NCBI GenBank assembly: GCA_963575745.1
Contig: CAUYUJ010000245.1
Coordinates: forward strand, 62,001 to 116,410
Direction: 5' to 3'
Source: Prorocentrum cordatum
Lineage: Eukaryota
Length of the DNA stretch: 54,410 nt
Numbering within the stretch: position 1 is the stretch's first letter; each line of letters begins with the position of its first letter. The translations under genes and the position numbers were made by a program. The notes beneath the pieces were generated by a model that worked only from the letters and a program-made list of their open reading frames with translations, searched no databases and had not been told where the DNA came from. Positions 46,561 to 54,410 of the stretch are shown one piece after another.

Positions 46561-46981
46561 CCAACTCATGACCTATTGCTCCTCTGACTTGAAGGGGAAG
46601 GGAACGGTGACCATGACCAAGACTTCACGCGGAGGTGTTGTGTCGATGTCGGTCATCGTCGATCTTGTTCAGCGTCATTTCGCGAATCCTCCTCGCGAGT
46701 CGGCGACGGCCGACATGGGCCATGACCAAGATCGTGTCGACAAAATCCCGCGACACCTTTGTCATGATCCCCGTGCTTCCTCTCTCGATGACCGCCGCCG
46801 CTACGGGTCCTCCTCCTGCTGCCGCCCCCCCTCCCCTGCGGGGCGGCGCCCACTCCTTTTCCTCCAGACCCACGCCCCCTCCGTCTTTTCCCAGGACATC
46901 CCCCCGAACTCCCCATCTCTCGGACGCCCATCCCCCGTGCATTTTTCGGCTTCCTGTGTATATGTGTATATACATATGTAT

Positions 46982-47058
<77 letters not shown>

Positions 47059-47677
47059 CGCAAGGTGACACAACATGCTCCTCGATGCTTCTCGCCGAGA
47101 ACACATGCACACGTCCGAGCCATGCGTGTGTGTGTGTGCATTCGCAAGATGACCCAACAGAGGCGAGGCTCTCCAAGCGGGGCGGCACGCTCGCGAGCAG
47201 CAGCGTCCACAGCGGCGCCCGCAACGCACCCCGCCGCGGGGCATCCTCGCCCGCCCTCCGCCGGAGATCTTCCCCGGCGCGGCGGGCGGGGGAGACAGGG
47301 CATTCCGCGTGGCAGCGGGGTGCTGTGGCGGGGATCGGAGCAGGGCGGTCTGAGACCCAAGCGATGTCCCGATTTTTTCCATACGGGGTCCCGGGAAGAC
47401 CCTACCCCTTCCCCGGGACCGGTTCTTCATCCTGAATCGTTTTACGACGGCCCCGAGGGCCGCCGAGGGCCCCCCGAGGCCGAAAACTGCCAAGAACCTC
47501 CCGTCCTGATCTTTTTCTTTATACGACGCGAGCGTGTCTGGAACTGGGAGCTCAAGATCGGTCCCCGGACCCCTCTCGGGGTCCAAGCGCACCAAAGTTT
47601 CCGCGGTGCGGCCAGCCGTGGCGACGAGAGGGCTCGAACTCCCGGACGGCCAACTGCCAGCGTCTCAGCCGGCCCTC

Positions 47678-47924
47678 CTCTGACCGGGAAGAAGCGGGTC
47701 TTGCGTTCTGTTGCTCCCATCGTACTTACGGACCACATCCTTGAAATAATTTCGCGAGCCCCCAGACAAGTATCGAAACAGTGTCGGACGAGTATCGCCT
47801 CCCAGGGCCCGACACGTGAAAACCCTCAAGTCTCGGTACTTTCTTGGTGCACGAAACTCTTTGTGGTGATCAAGGCTGAAGTCGGTTGGAACACCATAAG
47901 TCTTGCGCACGATTGCACAGCGAC
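47678..47924 (-). CDS. Candidate exon (RCAIVRKTYGVPTDFSLDHHKEFRAPRKYRDLRVFTCRALGG...YFKDVVRKYDG)
   Basis: Strongly protein-like open frame; aAG|G acceptor, AG|GA donor. Confidence 0.45.
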
Positions 47925-48509
47925 CTTGCGCGGTGGCTCGCGCGGGCCGCCGCAGCGAGTCGCACACAGTGGCTGCGGCTGCTGCCGCTCGGTGCTGCCG
48001 CTGCTGCCTCGCCTCCTCCACGCTCCCCCCCTGGCGCCGAGCCGCTGACCCCGCTCACGAGTGCAGGGGCCCACCGGCGCGCGGAAAGGTGGGGGCGCGA
48101 GGCGGCGACGCCGTCCACAGCGACGGCGGCGACGTCGCCGTTTCTGGCCGTCTCTGGGGGGTTCTCGCCGCCGCGGCCGCGCGCGGCTCTCGTGGGCGTG
48201 CCCGGGGGAGGGAGGACAACACACAGACACAAGTAAGCGTCGACTCCCCGGAAAGCATGGGAAACTATGAGACGCGGAGGGGAAGAGGAAAATCGAGAAG
48301 ATCTGCGAACATATGGGGCGTCCATAGGTAAAACGCACGAAGATACAGTAGGCTGGGCTCAGGCCCTCCCGCATAATCACAAAACACAGCAAAATTATAT
48401 CGATTCTTGAAGTATGAAGGCGCTTGACGTAGATTGGGATCTGAGATTCCCCAAATACATACCTTCAACGACTGGCGTGTCCTTGTGTCCCTGGGTATAG
48501 GCCTCCTAG

Positions 48510-48714
48510 ATGGGGTCCGAGAAGATGGGGTCGGAGGATCTCGCCGCATCGCCGATACATCGGCCTTGCATCGCCGATGCATCGGCGATGAGGTGACGAC
48601 GTCGGCGATGCATCGGCGCCATCGGCGTGGAGAAAAGCGGGCCCCACATGGAGCCGCATCGCCGATGCATCGGCGATGCGGCGGGATCCTCCGACCCCAT
48701 CTACTCCGACCCCA
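48510..48714. mobile_element. Palindrome-rich MITE-like element (second copy ~53118-53311)
   Basis: TIR agatggggtcggaggatc(t/c)cgccgcatcgccgat matches 33/34 and is extendable to ~48 bp; internal catcgccgatgcatcggcgatg palindromes. Confidence 0.85.
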
Positions 48715-48861
48715 TAAATGATCAGCCCGACAAGCGGACCCGTTTAGCAAACGCACCCAAGGAAAGAAAGAATCGAAGAGGGCAGGGCTGTCCAGTAAAC
48801 GCCCAAAACCATTTAGAGAAGGTCAATTGTCGGGTCCGGATGGTTTTAAAGGGGTCTACGG

Positions 48862-49078
48862 ACACACACACACAGACACACACACACAGACACACACAGA
48901 CACACACACACAGACACACACACACAGACACACACAGACACAGACACACACAGACACACACAGACACACACACAGACACACACAGACACACACACACACA
49001 CACACACACACACCGCACACACACCGCACACACACCGCACACACCCACACACACACATATACACACATACACACAAAT
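48862..49078. repeat. (CA)n/(CAGA) microsatellite
   Basis: Direct reading. Confidence 0.95.
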
Positions 49079-50791
49079 ACCAAGATTCCATTTCTCAATT
49101 CTTGGGGGTTTCCGTCTTCCCCCCCCACGTCCCATATGTTCCCTCACTGTCCTGGGAATCGAGGACTCGTTGTGCCTGTGCGTCTCTGCCCCTCCTGAGG
49201 CTTCTTCCCTTGAGTCTGGGAGGCCTGGACCTGGGGAGCTGCTGGCGCCACCCTCGGCTGGCAGACAGGGCCGCCGCCCTCCGTGGCCTCCGCCCGCGCC
49301 GCCGCCGCCGCCTCTCGCCCTCCCCGGGGGGCGCCCGCCGAGGTCGCGCCGCGCCGAACGCGAGGCCCCCTCGACGCCTTCGCTGGCAACGCATAGTCGC
49401 TGCCTTCCCCCTCATGGAGGGGGTCCGGGGAGCTGCTGGAGCGGCGCCCGGGCCAGGGGCGGCACCCGCCAGGAGGAGCGCGGCCGCTCCCGGCAGCGCC
49501 GCGGGGGCTGCGCTCGGAGGCGCCGCGGGGGGCCCTGGAGGTTTCCTGGCCGGCGGGGGGCCCTTCGCAGCAGCCCCCTGCCTTCTCAGGCGCTCCCCCG
49601 CCACTTTACTCGCCATCGCTCGGACGTCCATTCCCTGTGTTTTTTTCGGTTTCGTGCGTGGCATTTTCGCCAAATGATCAAGGACGCTCCTCGATGGTTC
49701 TCGCCGAGAAAAAAACGCACACGTCCGAGCGATGCCAGGTTTACGGGGCAACGCAAGGGGGGGGGATGGGCACAGGGGGGGCGGAAGAAGCACGGGCCTG
49801 GAATGGGCGACGCATGGCCGATAGATCGGCGAGAAGCCTCCGATAACATAGGGGGGGTAAAGCAGGCGGGGTGGGGATCTCGGGCCCCCATCGGCGATCC
49901 ATGGGCGATTGGGGCTCGATGCCCCCCCCCCCTATGGCCATCCCCCCTATCGTTGCCCCTGGCCCCCCCTCTTTCGTGTGCGCCGTTGGAGAGGAGGCGA
50001 GGCGTGAGCCAGGGGCCCGTCCTGTCCGAGCGGCGGAGCCAAGCCGCGGATTGTGCACGGGGGCCGCCCCCGCATCCTGGCCTCGGTAGCTCTCTCGCTC
50101 CCCAGGCAGGCAACCTCTGGGCGGTGGGGTCGCGTCTCCCCGCGGGTCTCGTGACTGATTTTTGGAGCCGCGCGCGCCCAGCCGTGGCGACGAAGGCGAC
50201 CCCATGAGGATTGTGTTTCTGGCGCCCTCCCACCCCCACGACCCCGCTCGCTTCAGAGGCGCACCGAATCGTGGAGTGGGCTGCTCAGAACGCGCACCGA
50301 GCCTGCTATGCACGTCTTACTAGGACTAGAACCACCGCGCGCGCGCTCAGCTTCTAGATGCCTTGAATCCTAGCACACGTGGGGGAGCACACGCTACAGC
50401 AACCCGGCCAAACTTTGGCTCAACTTTCGGACACGTCGGTGTTTCCCACATGCCGTAGGGGCGGTCAAGGCGTCCTCGAGAAAGCGCCACAACTTGCCTC
50501 GCCTCTGTGGGAGGATCCGTGGAAGACGCCAAGCCTCGGGCGCTAGGCTAGGCGCAATTCTTGAACCTCGCCCCCCATGGGAAGAACACACAAACACATG
50601 GTCACATGGCTATGGTGCCTGCTCCCTCCGCCCTCCCCGATCTGCCGCCAGAACACCTCGCCCAACCCTGGGCGGCCGTGGACGCGGGTGCAAGCCCTCG
50701 TTCGGGGGTTGTCAGAAGTGTTCCTGGCCCAAGGCACCCGCAACTTTTTGCAACATCTCGGGCACCCTCGAGCCCCGTCGGAGTAGAAGAA

Positions 50792-52322
50792 TGAGGAGGA
50801 GGAGGAGAAAATGGAAGCAGAGGAGGAAGAGGAGGAGGAGGATGAGGAGGAGGAGGACGAGGAGGAGGAGCAGGAGCAGAAGGAGGAGATGGAGGAGGAG
50901 GAGGAGGAGGAGGAGGAGGAGGAGGAGGAGGAGGAGGAGGGGGATGAGGATGAGGATGAGGATGGAAGAAGAGTGAGCGGGCGGAGACGGCGGATGCGGA
51001 TGCGGATGCGGAGGATGCGGAGCAGGAGCACGAGCAGGAGGAGGATAAGGAGGAGCAGGAGGAGGAGCAGGAGGATGAAAAGGAGGGGGAGGAGGAGGAG
51101 GAGGACCAGTGCAAGCACAAGAGTCATCAACGATGTTGGAGTAAACCCCCCCTCCAGACTGCCTCGTGTGAAGTCACCCGTTTGAAGACCCTGACACATG
51201 CCAAAACGTTGTCCTCGGGATTCCAACGCCACGAATCAACCTCACTGCTGCGTCGTGCCGATCCTGCAATTACCAGAACACCATTCCGAAGACTTCAACA
51301 CAAAAGACCAACCTGACTGTTGCACCCGCAGAACCCTGAATCCTTCCAATACGTCATTTCTGGTACGTTGATGATGGGAAGTCCGTGAAACTCTTGAGAC
51401 TTTCGTGAATGAATGTGCGCGGCGCTGCGACGAAAACCACATTTTGAAAAAGAACCGCCCTCAATGCGTGAAACTCGTGCAAATTTTACAAACGAATGTG
51501 CACCGCACCACTCGCCCTCATTCCGTGAAACCTCCTGCAAACTTTTCAGACGAATGTGCACCGCGCTAAGGCGAGAATCACATTTTGAAAACCAGCCGCC
51601 CGCAACTCGTGAAACTCTTGCAAATGTTCAAAATGAATGTGCACCGCGCTAAAACGAGAACCCCATTTTGAAAACCACCCGCCCTCAATCCGTGAAAATC
51701 TTGCAAATGTTTATAATGAATGTGTACCGCGCTAAAGCGAGAACCACATTTTGAAAACCACCCGCCCTCAATCCGTGAAACTCTTGCAAATGTTTGAACG
51801 AATGTGCACCGCGCACAGGCGAGAGCCACATTTTGAAAACCACCCGCCCTCGGTTCGTGAAGCTGTTGCCAACCTTCAATCTTCAGATTCATAGATGGTG
51901 GGGAAGTCTCAGGCGAAACGCCCAGCCCGCCCTAAAAACAGACCTCGGGGTGCGACAGGGAGAAGTTATCTATAAGGAATAGAGGAGGAGGAGGAGGAAG
52001 AGGAGGAGGAGGAGGAGGAGTGAGGTGTGAGGAGGAGGAGGAGAAGCAGGAGGAGCAGGATGAGAAGGAGAAGGAGGAGGAGGAGGAGGAGCAGCAGGCG
52101 GAGGAGGAGGAGGAGGAGGAGGAGGAGGAGGACGGAGGTGGACCAGAGCGCAGACCGAGGTGGAAGGGGAGGAGGAGGAGGAAGTGAGGTGTGAGGTGGA
52201 GGAGGAGCAGGAGGGAGGAGTGAGGAGTGAGGAGGAGTGAGGCGTGAGGAGTGAGGAGTGAGGCGTGAGGAGTGAGGCGTGAGGAGGAGGAGGAGGAGGA
52301 GAAGGAGGAGGAGGAGGAGGTG
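50792..52322. repeat. (GAG)n tracts at 50792-51105 and 51980-52322 (also 36130-36230, 54369-54410)
   Basis: Direct reading. Confidence 0.93.
51385..51860. repeat. ~83-bp tandem array within dispersed repeat 51125-51965
   Basis: cattttgaaa at 51581, 51664, 51747 and 51829. Confidence 0.92.
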
Positions 52323-54410
52323 GAAAGTCTGGGGAACCTCCCTGGGGCAAGGACACCTCTGGCAACACTCGACCGACATACTATACTAAACATAAAAAGC
52401 TCCTGCAGCCGGCCCCGCCCTGGTGGAGCGCGTGCGGGGCGAGGCCTGCTGGAAACGATCGCTAGCACGGGAGACGATCGCTAGCGCGGGGCGCCCTCCC
52501 GGAGCGAAAAAGAAGGCGTGCAATGGAGGCTCGAGCGCGCCCGGCCTTTCAGTCCTGCATGAGGGGGGAAGGGTCCCGAGAGAGGGCGCAGAATGATGGG
52601 GAAGGCGGACTGCCGGGCGCGGACGGGGGGATGCACGGCGCGAAAGATCAGAGCCATCCAGCAAGGGGCGCCGAGCGTCGAGTTCGGTAACGCTGCCTTG
52701 ATGTGGGCGCCCCAGGGCCACGATGCACGACGCCCACTGCGCGAGAATGTGGCTCCTTTCGCGAGGCGGGCTGCGACCGGACGATGAGCTCTCAGGAGCC
52801 CGCGGAGGCGAGGGGAGGGGGAGGGCAGGGAGGATGGGAGAAAGGGGATGGCGGGGGCGAGGAGAGGGAGGTGGAGGATGCGGAGGAGGAGGAGTTCCGC
52901 GGGGGCAGCAGATGCGAGAGCCAATGGGGGGCTCCGAGCTCCAAAACGGCAAGGCGAGGCGCCCTGGTCGACCCAGCGTCGAGCTCAGGTCGACCCAATT
53001 CGAACGAGGCCCAGAGTGGGGCAACGGCGGCTCTCCCGCCAGGGATCGGCCCTCGGACCCCTCCGGTGGCAGGCCATCCGGGCCCGTTTGTAGAGGCCTC
53101 GTAGAGGGGGTCCAGCAGCTGGGGTCGAAGGATCGCGCCGCATCGCCGATACGTCGGCGATGCGTCGCCGATACGTCGGCGCTGCATCGGCGATGCACTG
53201 GCGACGTCGGCGATGCATCGGCGACGTCGGCGCGGAGAGAATCGGGCCCCACATCGAGCCTCGTCGCCGATGCATCGCCAAGGCGATGCGGCACGATCCT
53301 CACACCCCATCTCGGGCGCGGCCTAACCGACCCCTAGCACACCGTCCCCTTCCGTGACGTCATCCTCGCCTTTCGAGCTCCCCCCCGGCCGCATACAGAC
53401 GTCTTGGGGCGGGTCGAGGGGGGCGTCACGGAAGGGGCATGGCTTGCTAAAGGTCGGTCAGGCCGACCCTGACCACCTGCTCTGAACCCACCTACAATGG
53501 AGGCCAATCCACAAGACATCGTCCGCAAGAAACCCAACCCTCAGACCTCAGGACGCCCACCGATTCTTGGCGTGGGAGCGTCGCACCTGCCACAGCAAAA
53601 CCATCGAAGCCCAACGAAACCCAGGGCACCCTGGAGGCAAGCAGGGTGTTTCTTGTCATGGGCCCCCACTTGAGGGGCAACGATAGGGGGGGATAGGGAT
53701 AGGGGAAACATCGACCTGGAATCGGCGGCACATCGCCGATAGATCGGCGATAAGCCTCCGATAGTGAATCCGCACCCTCCTGGGCAGGCTGGGGCTATCG
53801 GGCCCCTATCGGCGATCCATGGGCGATTGGGGGTCGATGCGCCCTCCCCCCTGAGCCGACCCCCCCCTATTCGGGAGCGGCCAAGAGGGGGGTGTCCAAG
53901 AGGGGGGGGTGCAAATCATGACCGGCGGCATGCGCGCGGCCCAGCGGGGGGGGCAAGGGACGTAACGAAACAAGAAGAGGTGCCCTGCACGCCATATCCC
54001 CCCCCCTGTGAAGGGGCCCTGGGACACACAAATGAATACACACAAATCAAAATATCACCCACATGTTCCTACATTTTTGGGGTTTTCTTCTTCCCCCCCA
54101 CTTCCCATATTTTTCCATATTTTCTGGGAATCGACGATCAATTGTGTCTGTGTGTTCCTTTCCCTCCTGACCCTCGTCATCGCCCCCCCTCTTTGCCGCC
54201 CCCGACCTGCCGTTGCCCCCGGCCACTGCAGGAGGCCGAGACTCTGCCGGGGCGGCTCTGGCCGTGGCGACGGGAGGCCTCCCGGATGCCCAACGACCAC
54301 GCGGCCCTCTCTTCCGACCAGCGCCGGGGCCGCGGGCAGGAGCTCCGTGGGGATGGTGCGAGGGTCAAGGAGAAGGAGGAGGAGGAGGAGGAGGAGGAGG
54401 AGGAGGAGGA

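Noticed and set aside
1..54410. tRNA/rRNA genes and an autonomous Rep/helicase or DDE transposase
   Set aside because: No recognisable motifs seen by eye; tRNAscan/Infernal and HMM searches would be needed to exclude them formally.

Overview
Eukaryotic, GC-rich, repeat-saturated genomic DNA. It is most consistent with a dinoflagellate, based on an 18/22 match to the dinoflagellate spliced leader at 6034-6055 and candidate exons with GC/GA donors; this assignment is inference. There is a 100-N assembly gap at 21407-21506. Most ORFs in the six-frame track are artefacts of microsatellites and tandem repeats. Recognisable coding sequence is retroelement-derived: (i) an uninterrupted, 5'-truncated non-LTR retrotransposon ORF (RT + RNase H + Cys/His C-terminus, 27970-30726) embedded between (CCT)n tracts; (ii) a decayed CRE/SLACS-like RT element (minus strand, ~44330-46560); (iii) further LINE 3' remnants. 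The most striking unexplained structure is a set of non-autonomous elements sharing one terminal architecture: AATCC + subterminal inverted repeat + partial IR at one end, and the matching subTIR + GC-GAA-GC mini-hairpin + ~9 nt ending in ATT at the other. Two sequence-distinct versions occur, one nested in the other, and they carry 73- and 77-bp tandem arrays. This resembles Helentron/DINE-1-type rolling-circle elements; no Rep/helicase is present in the window. Also seen: several MITE-like/palindromic families, a foldback-like block with 21-bp-phased motifs around a decayed ORF, and scattered minus-strand exon candidates of an unidentified host gene.
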